DNA of 64,000 nt from Pseudomonadota bacterium (lineage in GTDB: Bacteria; Pseudomonadota; Alphaproteobacteria; Rhizobiales; Xanthobacteraceae). The translations under genes were made by a program, and so were the position numbers. Of the stretch, positions 1 through 12,940 are shown in pieces. Under the pieces are notes generated by a model. It ran no database searches. It was not told the origin of the DNA and was given only the letters and a program-made list of their open reading frames with translations. How positions within the stretch are numbered: position 1 is the first letter of the stretch; the number at the start of each line of letters is the position of its first letter. The DNA is taken from positions 6,025-70,024 of the forward strand of contig JBFLYS010000006.1 in the NCBI GenBank assembly GCA_040756555.1. The letters run 5' to 3'.

Positions 1-1
1 C

Positions 2-415
<414 letters not shown>

Positions 416-434
416 GCTTTAGGGGGAACGGGAT

Positions 435-890
435 ATGGCGATCGGGGGCGGCGCACATTCGGGTGTGTTCGGCAAGCGCCGCCATCGTCGCGCTCCTGTC
501 ATGGCCGAGATCAACGTTACGCCGATGGTGGACGTGATGCTCGTGCTGCTCATCATCTTCATGGTGTCCGCACCGCTGCTCACCGTCGGCGTGCCGATCG
601 ACCTGCCGCAGTCGCAAGCCGCGAGTCTCGATCAGGCCGACAAGGAGCCGCTGGCGATTTCGGTCAACACCAAGGGCCAGATCTTCCTGCAGGACTCCGA
701 AATCAAGCTCGACGATCTCGTCACCAAGCTGAAGGCGATTACCGCGGCGCGTGGCGGCACCGAAGAGCGCATCTATGTGCGCGGCGATAAGACCGTCGAT
801 TACGGCACGGTGATGCGGGTGATGGGCCGGCTGTCGCAGGCGGGTTTCAAGAAAGTGGCGCTCGTGACCGAGGTGGAGCAGGGCTCGTGA
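435..890 (+). CDS. tolR: TolR
   Basis: EINVTPMVDVMLVLLIIFM TM motif of ExbD/TolR; follows tolQ. Confidence 0.95.
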   Translation: MAIGGGAHSGVFGKRRHRRAPVMAEINVTPMVDVMLVLLIIFMVSAPLLTVGVPIDLPQSQAASLDQADKEPLAISVNTKGQIFLQDSEIKLDDLVTKLKAITAARGGTEERIYVRGDKTVDYGTVMRVMGRLSQAGFKKVALVTEVEQGS

Positions 891-1798
891 AGCTGCCCTT
901 CCAGATGCCCGAGAACAAGACCGGCCTGATCGTGTCGGTGATCGCGCATGCCGCGTTTTTCACCTGGGGCATCGTCTCGTTCTCGGCGCGGCCGCTGGAA
1001 GCAAAGCCCACCGACTCGTTGCCGGTCGACATCATCTCGACCAAGCAATTCTCCGAACTGACCAAGGGTCAGAAGAACGGCAAGAAGGACGCTCCAGCCA
1101 AGGAGCAGGTCGAGAAGGTCGCCGAGCCCAAGCCGGTCGAGGAAACTCCGGTCAAGAAAATTACCGAGAAGCAAGAGATCAAGACCGCGGCCGCCGAGCC
1201 GACACCGCCCGTGCCGCAGGAGCAGCAGAAGGTCGAGCCGCCCAAGCCCGACAAGAAGCCGCCGCCGAAGGACGAGATCGCCGAGGCTCTGAAGAAAGAG
1301 CAGATCAAGAAAAAGCAGGAAGAGCAGAAGCAGAAGGCGGCCGAGAAGAAGCAACAGCAGCAGCCGAAGTTCGACCCGAACCAGATCGCGGCGCTGCTCG
1401 ACAAGCGCGATCCGACCCGTCAGACGCTGACGGGCGCCGCGATCCAGCCGCAAGAGGCCGCGCTCGGCATCCGCTCAGGCTCCGCGCCCAAGCTGTCGCA
1501 GAGCGAGCTCGACGCCATGCGTCAGCGCCTGATGCAGCTCTGGAATCCGCCGGCGGGCGTGCAGAACCCCGAACAGCTCATCGTGAAGATCCGCATCCAG
1601 CTCGGCCGCGACGGCAAGCTCACGGGCCCGCCGATCGTGCTGACCAGCGGACGCGGCACCCTGTTCGAGACCGCGCGCGACAATGCGATCCGCGCGCTGT
1701 TCCGCGGCCAGCCGTTCGAGATGCTGTCGCCCTCGACCTATGACCTTTGGAAAGAAATCGAGATCACCTTCGATCCGCGCGACATGTATCGCGGCTGA
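887..1798 (+). CDS. tolA: TolA cell envelope integrity protein
   Basis: N-terminal TM with SxxxH, K/E/Q/P-rich linker, TonB-C-like C-terminus; lies between tolR and tolB. Confidence 0.88.
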   Translation: MKLPFQMPENKTGLIVSVIAHAAFFTWGIVSFSARPLEAKPTDSLPVDIISTKQFSELTKGQKNGKKDAPAKEQVEKVAEPKPVEETPVKKITEKQEIKTAAAEPTPPVPQEQQKVEPPKPDKKPPPKDEIAEALKKEQIKKKQEEQKQKAAEKKQQQQPKFDPNQIAALLDKRDPTRQTLTGAAIQPQEAALGIRSGSAPKLSQSELDAMRQRLMQLWNPPAGVQNPEQLIVKIRIQLGRDGKLTGPPIVLTSGRGTLFETARDNAIRALFRGQPFEMLSPSTYDLWKEIEITFDPRDMYRG

Positions 1799-1823
1799 TC
1801 GTTTCGTTTTGGAAGCGGCTTTT

Positions 1824-3176
1824 ATGAAGAACAGTGGATTGATCGGAACTTCGTCGCTCGTCACGCGGCGGAGTGTCATTGTCGGTGCAGGCGCAAGCGC
1901 GCTCGCGATGTTCGGGCGCAGCGCCTTCGGCGCGGCGCAGCTCAACGTCACGTCGGGCACCGTGCAGGCGATGCCGATCGCGTTGCCGGATTTCGTCGGC
2001 GCGCCGGGCACGCAGGACAGCGAAATCGGCCGCAACATCACCGGCGTCATTACCAACAACTTGCGCCGCTCGGGCTTGTTCGCGCCGATCGATCAGCAGG
2101 CCTATATCGAGAAGATTGCCAACATCGACGCGGTGCCGCGCTTCCAGGACTGGAAGACGCTCAACGCCCAGGCGCTGGTGACCGGCCGCATCCAGCGGCA
2201 GTCCGACGGCCGCGTCAAAGCGCAGTTCCGGCTGTGGGACGTGTTCGCCGGCCAGCAATTGTTCGGCCAGCAGTACGACACCGTGCCGGACAACTGGCGC
2301 CGCATCGCGCACATCATCTCGGATTCGATCTACGAGCGCCTCACCGGCGAGAAGGGTTACTTCGACAGCCGCGTGGTGTTCGTCGACGAGTCCGGTTCGA
2401 AGGAGCGCCGCGTCAAGCGCCTCGCGATCATGGATCAGGACGGCGCCAACGTGCGCTACCTGACGCGCGGCGACGACCTTGTCATCACGCCGCGCTTCTC
2501 GCCGTCGACGCAAGAGATCACCTACATGTCCTACGGCCAGCGCGAGCCGCGCGTGGTCTTGCTCAACATCGAGACCGGCCAGCGCGAGATCGTCGGAAAC
2601 TTCGCCGGCATGACCTTCGCGCCGCGCTTCTCGCCCGACGGCCAACGCGTCATCATGAGCTTGCAGCAGGGCGGCAACTCCAACCTCTACGTGATGGACC
2701 TGCGCTCGAAGCAGACCTCGCGCCTCACCGACACGCCGGCGATCGACACCGCGCCGTCCTATTCGCCGGACGGCGCGCGCATCTGCTTCGAAAGCGACCG
2801 CGGCGGCACGCAGCAGATCTACATCATGGCCGCCGGCGGCGGTCAGGCGCAGCGCATCAGCTTCGGCGAAGGCCGCTATTCGACGCCGGTGTGGTCGCCA
2901 CGCGGGGACTACATTGCTTTCACCAAGCAGGGCAGCGGCAGCTTCGCGATCGGTATCATGAAACCCGACGGCACCGGCGAGCGCATCCTCACCGAGGGCT
3001 ATCACAATGAAGGCCCGACGTTTGCGCCGAACGGCCGCGTGCTGATGTTCTTCCGCGAGGCCGGCGGCGCGCCGGGCCCGTCGCTGTTCACGGTCGATAT
3101 CAACGGACGCAATGAGCAGAAGGTGCCGACGCCGGGCTTCGCGTCGGACCCGGCCTGGTCGCCGCTGCTCACGTAG
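1824..3176 (+). CDS. tolB: TolB beta-propeller protein
   Basis: Repeated PxFSPDG/PxWSP (PD40) motifs and [25 protein letters not shown] 1824 chosen over the longer ORF start at 1683. Confidence 0.95.
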   Translation: MKNSGLIGTSSLVTRRSVIVGAGASALAMFGRSAFGAAQLNVTSGTVQAMPIALPDFVGAPGTQDSEIGRNITGVITNNLRRSGLFAPIDQQAYIEKIANIDAVPRFQDWKTLNAQALVTGRIQRQSDGRVKAQFRLWDVFAGQQLFGQQYDTVPDNWRRIAHIISDSIYERLTGEKGYFDSRVVFVDESGSKERRVKRLAIMDQDGANVRYLTRGDDLVITPRFSPSTQEITYMSYGQREPRVVLLNIETGQREIVGNFAGMTFAPRFSPDGQRVIMSLQQGGNSNLYVMDLRSKQTSRLTDTPAIDTAPSYSPDGARICFESDRGGTQQIYIMAAGGGQAQRISFGEGRYSTPVWSPRGDYIAFTKQGSGSFAIGIMKPDGTGERILTEGYHNEGPTFAPNGRVLMFFREAGGAPGPSLFTVDINGRNEQKVPTPGFASDPAWSPLLT

Positions 3177-3362
3177 CGAGCAGGTAGCTGAAGAGGGATG
3201 CGCGGTGCCATAAGACCGCCGCGTTCACGCCCGATTAACCATACGGGGACGTATCGGCATCTGTGACACTTTTCATGGGTCTGGAAACGCCTCGTCAAGG
3301 TTGACGAAATATTCGTTTAACCAAGCGCCTGTTATCTCTCGGGCGAGAATGGAGGCTCCGGA

Positions 3363-3854
3363 ATGAAAAGTATGATGCGTACCTTCCGCAGCGCCGGCAT
3401 GATCGCCACGCTGGTTGCGGCGCTTGCGGTGTCCGCCTGCGCGAACAAGCCGGGTGACAATTCGATGGCGTCCGCGGGCGCGGCGACGCCCGGCAGCGAG
3501 CAGGACTTCGTGGTCAACGTCGGCGACCGCGTGTTCTTCGAAAGCGACTCGTCCGAGCTCACGGGGGCGTCGCGCGCGACGCTCGACAAGCAGGCGCAGT
3601 GGCTGCAAACCTACCAGACCTACGGCTTCACCATCGAAGGCCACGCCGACGAGCGCGGCACGCGCGAGTACAACATCGCTCTTGGCGCTCGGCGCGCCCA
3701 GGCGGTGCGGGACTATCTGACCTCGCGCGGTATCCCGGCGTCGCGGATGCGCACGGTGTCCTACGGCAAGGAGCGACCGGTTGCGGTCTGCAACGACATT
3801 TCGTGCTGGTCGCAGAACCGCCGCGCTGTGACGGTGCTCGGCGCGACATCCTAA
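3363..3854 (+). CDS. pal: Peptidoglycan-associated lipoprotein Pal
   Basis: Lipobox VSAC; OmpA-like IEGHADERGTREYNIALGARRA and NRRA. Confidence 0.97.
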   Translation: MKSMMRTFRSAGMIATLVAALAVSACANKPGDNSMASAGAATPGSEQDFVVNVGDRVFFESDSSELTGASRATLDKQAQWLQTYQTYGFTIEGHADERGTREYNIALGARRAQAVRDYLTSRGIPASRMRTVSYGKERPVAVCNDISCWSQNRRAVTVLGATS

Positions 3855-3877
3855 CCGCCGACTGTATCGGCTGAATG

Positions 3878-3928
3878 AACCGGCGCCCCAAGTGGGCGCC
3901 GGTTTGTTTTCGGGCGCCGGTTTGTTTT
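3878..3928 (+). terminator. Intrinsic terminator after pal, with duplicated 3' arm
   Basis: Stem aaccggcgccc (3878-3888) / gggcgccggtt (3894-3904) followed by tgtttt. The 17-mer gggcgccggtttgtttt occurs at 3894-3910 and 3912-3928. Confidence 0.8.
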
Positions 3929-4066
3929 TGCACTGGTGCTTGTTGGGCCGGTCCGCATTGGTCTTTCGGCCAAGCTTGCCAACGCCCCTGGAACGCAGGA
4001 CGCTGTACCGCGTTTGAACAGGCCGCGCTGGTGTCGGCGGCCTCATGGATACTTCGAGGGGTGATT

Positions 4067-5239
4067 ATGGGCGCCGTGCGATCGTTCCGCGGATTTTGGT
4101 TTCCCGTTGCCGCTCTCGCGCTTGTGCTCGCCGGTTGCGGCGAGGAGAACAAATACGTGGCGCCGCCGCCGCCCAAGGTGACGGTCGCGCTGCCCGTTCA
4201 GAAGTCGGTGACGCGCTATCTCGAATCGACCGGTAATGCGGCCGCGGTCAACACGGCGAACCTCGTCGCGCGCGTGCAGGGCTTCGTGCGCGGCATCCAC
4301 TACAAGGATGGCGACGAGGTGAAGAAGGGCCAGCTTCTTTTCACCATCGAGCCCGAGACCTATCAGCTCAAGGTCGAGCAATCGAAAGCCGCCGAGGCCG
4401 CGGCCGACGCCACGCTGAAGCAGGCGCAAGCCGAATTCGACCGGCAGCTTGATCTTCAGTCCCGCCAGGTCTCGTCCAAGGCCGCGCTCGACAACGCCAC
4501 CGGGAGCCGCGATTCCGCGGCGGCCAAGCTGCAGCAGGCCAAGGCCGACACGCATCTTGCGGAACTGAACTACAGCTACACCCAGGTCACCGCGCCGTTC
4601 GACGGCATCGTCACCGCGCGTCAGGTCTCGCTCGGCGAAATGGTCGGCGCGACGTCGCCGACGGTGCTTGCCACCATCGTCCAGCTCGAGCCGATCTATG
4701 TGAACTTCAACATCAACGAGCAGGAACTTCAGCGTGTGATGCGCACCCTGTCGCGGCTCGGCATCACGCCGGACCAGATCAAGAAGATTCCAGTCGAAGC
4801 GGGGCTGCAAACCGAAACCGGCTATCCGCACAAGGGTCTGCTCGATTACGCCGCGCCGCAGGTCTCGGCCGCGACCGGCACGCTCATGGTGCGCGGCATT
4901 TTTGAGAACCGCGGCCACCCGATCCTGCCCGGCTTCTATCTGCGCGTTCGCGTGCCGGCGCCGGAGCAGACCGTGTCGCTGCTGGTGCCGCAGACCGCGG
5001 TCGGCAGCGACCAGATCGGCCGCTATGTGCTGGTCGTGAACAAGGACAACGTGGTCGAGCAGCGCAAGATCGAGATCGGCCCGCTCTCCGACGACATGCG
5101 CATCGTCGAAAGCGGTCTCAAGCCCGACGACCGCGTGGTGGTGGCCGGCATCCTGCGTGCGACGCCGGGGCAGAAGGTCGATCCGCAGATGGAGCAGGCG
5201 GCAGCGCCAGCGGCCGCAGGCGGGAAGGTGCCGCCATGA
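4067..5239 (+). CDS. RND efflux periplasmic adaptor (MFP) lipoprotein
   Basis: Lipobox LAGC, ARVQG...VKKGQLLF lipoyl-like motif, APFDG. gagggg RBS upstream of ATG 4067. Confidence 0.9.
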   Translation: MGAVRSFRGFWFPVAALALVLAGCGEENKYVAPPPPKVTVALPVQKSVTRYLESTGNAAAVNTANLVARVQGFVRGIHYKDGDEVKKGQLLFTIEPETYQLKVEQSKAAEAAADATLKQAQAEFDRQLDLQSRQVSSKAALDNATGSRDSAAAKLQQAKADTHLAELNYSYTQVTAPFDGIVTARQVSLGEMVGATSPTVLATIVQLEPIYVNFNINEQELQRVMRTLSRLGITPDQIKKIPVEAGLQTETGYPHKGLLDYAAPQVSAATGTLMVRGIFENRGHPILPGFYLRVRVPAPEQTVSLLVPQTAVGSDQIGRYVLVVNKDNVVEQRKIEIGPLSDDMRIVESGLKPDDRVVVAGILRATPGQKVDPQMEQAAAPAAAGGKVPP

Positions 5240-8200
5240 TCTCCAAATTCTTCATCGAGCGGCCCGTCCTCGCCAACGTGCTGGCGATCCTGATGGTCGT
5301 CATCGGCGCCGTCGCGGTGTTCAACCTGCCGGTCGAGCAGTATCCCGACGTCGTGCCGCCGACCGTTCAGGTCTCGACGCGCTATCCCGGCGCGAGCGCG
5401 CGCACCGTCATCGATGCCGTCGCGCTTCCGATCGAGCAGCAGGTCAACGGCGTGGAAGGCATGATCTACATGCAGTCCTACGCCGCCTCCGACGGCACCT
5501 ACAATCTGACGGTGACGTTCAGGATCGGCGTCGATCTCAACCTCGCGCAGATCCTGGTGCAGAACCGCGTCTCCGCCGCCTTGGCCCAACTGCCCGACGC
5601 GGTGCAGAAGCAGGGCGTGACGGTGCAGAAGCGCTCGACCTCGATCTTGCAGATCGTCACGCTCACGTCGCCCGACAACCGCTTCGACAGTCTCTATCTC
5701 TCCAACTACGCCGCGATCCGTCTCAAGGACGAGATCGCGCGCCTTCCCGGCGTCGGCACCGTCACCGTGTTCGGCGCCGGCCAATATTCGATGCGCGTCT
5801 GGCTCGACCCGCACAAGCTGGAGGCGAGGGGGCTCAACGCCGCCGACGTCATCCAGGCGCTCCAGCAGCAGAACGAGCACGTCACCGCGGGCCAGATCGG
5901 CACGCCGCCGGCGCCGGACAGCCAGGCGTTCCAATACACGCTGAACGTCCGCGGCTCGCTCGACGATCCGGCCGAGTTCGCCAACGTCATCGTGAAAACC
6001 GGCAACGCGGGCGAGATCACGCGCGTCAGCGATGTCGGCCGCGTCGAGCTGGGCGCGCAGACCTACAGCCAGATCTTCACGCTCGACGGCAAGCCGGCGG
6101 CGGGCATCGCGATCTTTCTCTCGCCCGGCGCGAACGCGCTCAACGTCGGCGACGAGGTCAAGAAGAAGATGGTGGCGCTGGCGCGCGAATTTCCGCCAGG
6201 GCTGACCTATGGCGTGCCGTTCGACACCACGACCTTCGTCAACGCCTCGATCCACGAGGTCTACAAGACGCTCTATGAGGCGGGCATCCTCGTCCTGATC
6301 GTCATCATGGTCTTCCTGCAAGACTGGCGCGCGATGCTCATTCCGGCGACGACGGTGCCGGTCACCATCATCGGCGCCTTCGCTGGAATGGCGGCGATGG
6401 GCTTCACCGTCAATTTCTCGACCCTGTTCGCGATCGTGCTCGCCATCGGCATTGTGGTGGACGACGCCATCGTCGTGGTCGAGGGCGCGGCCCACAACAT
6501 CGAGAAGGGCATGTCCGGCCACGACGCCGCGATCAGGGCGATGGACCAGCTCTTTGGTCCGATCATCGGCATCACGCTGGTGCTGATGGCCGTGTTCCTT
6601 CCGGCGGCGTTTCTGCCGGGCATCACGGGACGCATGTACGCGCAATTCGCGCTGGTGATCGCGGCGACCGCGTTCCTCTCCGCGATCAACGCCGTGACGC
6701 TCAAGCCGACTCAGAGCGCGATGTGGCTGCGGCGGCCGGTGCCGCCGGAGCAGCGCAACCTGTTCTACCGCTTCTTCAACCGCGCCTATGGCTGGCTCGA
6801 GAACGTCTACATCTCTGTTATCGCGCGGATGGTGAAGCGCAGCGCGATCATGGTTACGATCTCGCTCGCGGTCATGGGCCTCGCGCTCTACCTGTTCTCG
6901 CGCGTGCCGACGAGCTTCATCCCGATCGAGGATCAGGGCTACATGATCGCCGCCGTGCAGTTGCCGGATGGCGCGTCGCTGCCGCGCACGCAGCGCGTTC
7001 TCGACAAGGTTTCCGAGATCAGCCGCGCCACGCCGGGCGTGGATCAGGTCGTCACCATCGCGGGCGTCTCCGCGCTCGACAATTCGTCGTCGCTCTCAAA
7101 CGCCGGTGTCGCCTACATCATCCTCAAGGACTGGAGCGTGCGCGGCAAGGCGCAAGGCCTGCTCCCGCTGTACCAGGGGCTCAACAAGTCGCTCTCCGCC
7201 ATCGAGGACGCCCAGATCATGGTGCTGCCGCCGCCGCCGATCCAGGGCGTCGGCAACGACGCCGGCTTCACCATGCAGATCGAGCTGCGCGACGGCAGCT
7301 TCGATCTCGCCAAGCTCCAGAGCGCGACCGACGCGATCGTCGCCAACGCCAGGTCGCAGTCGGCGTTGCAGATGGCCATGTCCTCGTTCCGCGCCAACGT
7401 GCCGCAATATTCCGTCGAGGTGGACCGTGTGAAGACGCAGGCGCTGCACGTCACGACCGATCAGGTGTTCCAGACCCTGAGCAGCTATCTCGGCTCGTCC
7501 TACGTCGATCAGTTCAACAAGTTCGGCCGCGTGTTCCAGATCTACACGCAGGCGGACTCGCAATACCGGCTGCGCACCGAGGACATCCAGCGCCTCACCG
7601 TCCGCAACAAGGACGGCGACATGGTGCCGATCGGCACCCTGGCGAAGATCACGCCGGTGGTCGGCCCCTCGCTCATCAGCCTGTTCAACCTCTATCCGTC
7701 GGCGACGGTGATCGGCTTGCCGGCGACCGGGTTCTCGTCCGGCGAGGTGATGAGGCTGATGGAGGAGATCGCGGCGAAGACGCTGCCGCCCGGCATGGGC
7801 TACGAGTGGAGTTCGATGTCGTATCAGGAGAAGCTCGTCGGCAATCAGGCCTACCTGATCTTCGCGCTCGGTATCCTGCTGGTCTATCTCGTGCTCGCCG
7901 GACAATACGAAAGCTGGTACGCGCCGATCTCTGTCGTGCTCGCGGTGCCGCTCGCGCTCATCGGGCCCGCAACCGTGATGACCGTGCTGAAGGGCAGCGG
8001 CCTCAACAACAACCTCTATGTGCAGATCGGCTTGGTGCTGCTTATCGCCTTGTCCGCGAAGAACGCCATTCTGATCGTCGAGGTCGCGCGCGAATTGCGC
8101 GCCGATGGCAAGGCGATCTTCGAGTCGGCGTCGGAGGCCGCACGCGCGCGCTTCCGTCCGATCCTGATGACATCCTTCGCCTTCATCCTCGGCGTGGCTC

Positions 8201-8394
8201 CCTTGGTGGTGGCGAGCGGAGCGGGCGCCTCGGCCCGCGCCTCGATCGGCATCACGGTGTTCTCCGGCATGCTGGCTTCGACGTGCCTCGCGGTGCTGTT
8301 CGTGCCGTCGTTCTTCGTGGTCATTCAGGGCTTCGAGGAATGGCTCAAGGAGCGCAAGGCGCGGAAGGCTGTCGCGGCGACGCCGGCGGAGTAG
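5236..8394 (+). CDS. RND efflux permease (HAE1/AcrB-MexF-like)
   Basis: 1052 aa; MISKFFIERPV, GIVVDDAIVVVE, AKNAILIVE, RFRPILMTS. Confidence 0.95.
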   Translation: MISKFFIERPVLANVLAILMVVIGAVAVFNLPVEQYPDVVPPTVQVSTRYPGASARTVIDAVALPIEQQVNGVEGMIYMQSYAASDGTYNLTVTFRIGVDLNLAQILVQNRVSAALAQLPDAVQKQGVTVQKRSTSILQIVTLTSPDNRFDSLYLSNYAAIRLKDEIARLPGVGTVTVFGAGQYSMRVWLDPHKLEARGLNAADVIQALQQQNEHVTAGQIGTPPAPDSQAFQYTLNVRGSLDDPAEFANVIVKTGNAGEITRVSDVGRVELGAQTYSQIFTLDGKPAAGIAIFLSPGANALNVGDEVKKKMVALAREFPPGLTYGVPFDTTTFVNASIHEVYKTLYEAGILVLIVIMVFLQDWRAMLIPATTVPVTIIGAFAGMAAMGFTVNFSTLFAIVLAIGIVVDDAIVVVEGAAHNIEKGMSGHDAAIRAMDQLFGPIIGITLVLMAVFLPAAFLPGITGRMYAQFALVIAATAFLSAINAVTLKPTQSAMWLRRPVPPEQRNLFYRFFNRAYGWLENVYISVIARMVKRSAIMVTISLAVMGLALYLFSRVPTSFIPIEDQGYMIAAVQLPDGASLPRTQRVLDKVSEISRATPGVDQVVTIAGVSALDNSSSLSNAGVAYIILKDWSVRGKAQGLLPLYQGLNKSLSAIEDAQIMVLPPPPIQGVGNDAGFTMQIELRDGSFDLAKLQSATDAIVANARSQSALQMAMSSFRANVPQYSVEVDRVKTQALHVTTDQVFQTLSSYLGSSYVDQFNKFGRVFQIYTQADSQYRLRTEDIQRLTVRNKDGDMVPIGTLAKITPVVGPSLISLFNLYPSATVIGLPATGFSSGEVMRLMEEIAAKTLPPGMGYEWSSMSYQEKLVGNQAYLIFALGILLVYLVLAGQYESWYAPISVVLAVPLALIGPATVMTVLKGSGLNNNLYVQIGLVLLIALSAKNAILIVEVARELRADGKAIFESASEAARARFRPILMTSFAFILGVAPLVVASGAGASARASIGITVFSGMLASTCLAVLFVPSFFVVIQGFEEWLKERKARKAVAATPAE

Positions 8395-8506
8395 GGCGCG
8401 TCAGGTAAGTCCTTGGGGAATAAAGGCCCATTCGGCCCTGTGAATGGCCCAAAGTCACACTTTGGTCCCAGTCACGCCGCTATGGTAGTCAAACGCCGAC
8501 AGCCAA

Positions 8507-9670
8507 ATGTTTCACATGTCCAAACCGATGTTCCGTGCGCTCTCGGCCTCGCTTCTGGCCGGTGCGCTGACCCTTTCGACCGCCGCTTTTGCGCAGGAGC
8601 GGGAGAATCCGCTGTCCGCGATCGGCAAGCTGTTCGGCGGCAATCAGGACCGTCCGCAGCAGGGCGTCGGTGACGGCGCGGCGCAATCCGGACGCGAGTC
8701 GCCTGCCGACCAGACGGTCCGCATCGAGCGGCTCGAGGCGATGATCCGCCAGCTCACCGGCGCGAACGAGCAATTGCAGTATCGCAATCAGCAGCTCGAG
8801 CAGCAGTTACGCGCGATGGGTGGCGGACAGCCGCAGCAGGCGACGGCGCAGCCCATTCCGCAGCCCATGCCGCAGCAGCCTCAGTCGCAGCGTCCGGTGT
8901 CGTCCGCCCCCTCGCAAGGGCTGCCGCCGCCGTCAGCCGGTCCAGCATCCGCGCCGCAAGGCGGCCGCCGCGGCGACGCCTTCGATCCGTCGCAGCATCC
9001 GAACGCGCCGGGCGTGCCGCAGACGCTCGGCGGCATGAATTCCGCGTCGCAGCCGCCGATCGTCGCCAACGAGCCGCCGGTCGGTGTGCCGGGCGGCCGG
9101 CAGGCCGGAGCGCCGCTCGATCTGTCCACGCTTGCGACCGGCATTCCGGGCGGCGCGCAGTCTTCGACCAATGTCGCGAACGCGCCGATGGAGAATCCGG
9201 CGCAGCAAGGCGGCGCGTTGCCGCCGCCGCCGCCGCGCAACATGAGCGCGACCGGCGCCGTTGTCGCCTCGACCGCGCCGCCGTCGGAGAGCGCGCAGGG
9301 CTATTACGATCTGGCCTACGGCTACGTGCTGCGCAGGGATTACGCCTTCGCGGAGGATGCGTTCCAGACTTTCATCCGCAAGTATCCGAACGACGCGCGG
9401 ATTCCCGACGCGCAGTTCTGGCTCGGCGAAAGCCTGTTCCAGCGCCAGCGTTATGACGCGGCGGCGGAAGCATTCCTCGCGGTCTCGACCAAGCACGAGC
9501 AGCATCCGAAGGCGCCCGAAGCGCTGCTGCGTCTCGGCCAATCGCTTGCCGCGCTCAATCAGAAAGAGATGGCCTGCGCCACGCTCGCCGAAGTGGGCCG
9601 TAAATTCCCGAAGGCGTCGAACACCGTGAAGCAGAGTGTCGATCGGGAACAGAAGCGTGTCCGCTGCTGA
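8507..9670 (+). CDS. cpoB: Tol-Pal system protein CpoB/YbgF
   Basis: Signal peptide, coiled coil (RQLTGANEQLQY), P/Q-rich linker, C-terminal TPR (AQFWLGES, KAPEALLRLGQSL); upstream of tilS. Confidence 0.9.
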   Translation: MFHMSKPMFRALSASLLAGALTLSTAAFAQERENPLSAIGKLFGGNQDRPQQGVGDGAAQSGRESPADQTVRIERLEAMIRQLTGANEQLQYRNQQLEQQLRAMGGGQPQQATAQPIPQPMPQQPQSQRPVSSAPSQGLPPPSAGPASAPQGGRRGDAFDPSQHPNAPGVPQTLGGMNSASQPPIVANEPPVGVPGGRQAGAPLDLSTLATGIPGGAQSSTNVANAPMENPAQQGGALPPPPPRNMSATGAVVASTAPPSESAQGYYDLAYGYVLRRDYAFAEDAFQTFIRKYPNDARIPDAQFWLGESLFQRQRYDAAAEAFLAVSTKHEQHPKAPEALLRLGQSLAALNQKEMACATLAEVGRKFPKASNTVKQSVDREQKRVRC

Positions 9671-10712
9671 CGACACCGCGGTCTCCGCTGCCGAAGCGAG
9701 ATCGCTGTTCGCCGATCTGACTGACGTTCCCTCTCTCGTTCTTGCGATTTCCGGCGGCCCAGATTCCACGGCGTTGCTGTGGCTCGTTGCGCGCTGGCGC
9801 AAGTCGCTGAAGCGCGGACCGAAGCTTGTCGCGGTGACGGTCGATCACGGTCTGCGTCCGGAAGCGAAACGCGAAGCGGCTGCGGTGAAAAAGTTGGCGC
9901 GCTCGCTCGGCGTCGAGCACCGCACGATGCGTTGGATCGGAAAGAAGCCCGCGGCTGGTTTACAGGAGGCCGCGCGCAACGCCCGCTATGGTCTTCTGGC
10001 CGCCGCCGCAAAGTCGGCCGGCGCGCGGCACATTCTCACCGCGCACACGCAGGACGATCAGGCCGAGACGGTGCTCATCCGGCTCGCGCGCGGAAGCGGG
10101 GTGAGCGGTCTCGGCGCGATGGCGAGGATTGCTCCGCTGCCGGTCGCCTCGGAGAAGAAGAACGGCACTTCGGCATCCGAGGAATCGTTGATCGTCGTTC
10201 GTCCGTTTCTTTCCGTGCCGAAGAATCGCCTGATCAAGACACTTCTGGCGGCCCGGATCGCGCCCGCGGACGATCCGTCGAACCGCGACCCGCGCTTCAC
10301 CCGCGTCCGCTTCCGCGCCCTGATGCCGGAGTTGGCCCGCGAGGGTCTGGTCCCCAGCCGCCTGTCTTTGCTGGCCAAACGGGCCCGGCGTGCCGACGAA
10401 GCGCTGGAATTCGCCGTCACCCGGGCGGCGGTGGAACTCCGGCGCAACGGCGAGCCGTATGTTTTTCGGGCGCGCCCATTTTTTGAACTGCCGCAGGAGG
10501 TTAGCCTCCGTCTCCTCGGCCGGGCTGTCGATCAGACCGGCGACGAAGGCCCGGTCGAGCTCGGAAAGCTCGAGACTTTGCACGCAGCGCTGCTCGAAAA
10601 CCCAAATCCCGCGCGGTTTCGCCGCACATTGGCCGGATCTGTCGTGACACTGGACGGCGATGCTCTTCGGATCGAACGGGCCCCGAAGCGCCGTAGCCGG
10701 GCCCGTTCTTAA
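9657..10712 (+). CDS. tilS: tRNA(Ile)-lysidine synthetase TilS
   Basis: PP-loop AISGGPDS, VDHGLR, AHTQDDQAET, DPSN. GTG 9657 is the likely start (ORF open from 9636). Confidence 0.93.
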   Translation: MSAADDTAVSAAEARSLFADLTDVPSLVLAISGGPDSTALLWLVARWRKSLKRGPKLVAVTVDHGLRPEAKREAAAVKKLARSLGVEHRTMRWIGKKPAAGLQEAARNARYGLLAAAAKSAGARHILTAHTQDDQAETVLIRLARGSGVSGLGAMARIAPLPVASEKKNGTSASEESLIVVRPFLSVPKNRLIKTLLAARIAPADDPSNRDPRFTRVRFRALMPELAREGLVPSRLSLLAKRARRADEALEFAVTRAAVELRRNGEPYVFRARPFFELPQEVSLRLLGRAVDQTGDEGPVELGKLETLHAALLENPNPARFRRTLAGSVVTLDGDALRIERAPKRRSRARS

Positions 10713-10806
10713 CCAAACGAGCAGGTGACGGCCTCAGAGGCATCCTGTGACGGCTGACAGGAGTAGAATATTGAGGATTCGTGGACATTCCTGTCCGGTC
10801 GGTTCC

Positions 10807-10835
10807 CTTGGCATGGGGCGACCGTGGACCTACAT
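10807..10835 (+). promoter_or_regulatory. Putative RpoH/sigma70-type promoter of ftsH
   Basis: CTTG-N18-CCTACAT, resembling alphaproteobacterial heat-shock promoters; ~80 nt upstream of ftsH. Confidence 0.45.
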
Positions 10836-10913
10836 TAACCGGCGAGTTAACCGCTTCGAACACGCCAAAGCTCTGAACGCCTCCGGGACGCCGGAGCGCC
10901 ATGAAAGACTAGA

Positions 10914-12833
<1,920 letters not shown>

Positions 12834-12855
12834 AGACTGCGCCGGTCGAAATTGC

Positions 12856-12890
12856 ACAATGCCCGCCGTGAGGCGGGCATTGTCGTTTCT
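12856..12890 (+). terminator. Terminator after ftsH
   Basis: 12-bp stem acaatgcccgcc-gtga-ggcgggcattgt followed by cgtttct. Confidence 0.75.
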
Positions 12891-12940
12891 GGCGTGCGGG
12901 GGATAGAGCGCTTTCAATTGGTTCGCACCACTCTCTCCAC

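Noticed and set aside
5023-6645. 540-aa minus-strand ORF opposite the RND permease
   Set aside because: Antisense shadow of a GC-rich gene; R/H/D-rich with no motifs. The same applies to most overlapping ORFs in the track.
10835-10850. TTAA...TTAA as a CtrA box upstream of ftsH
   Set aside because: Spacing is N8, not the canonical N7.
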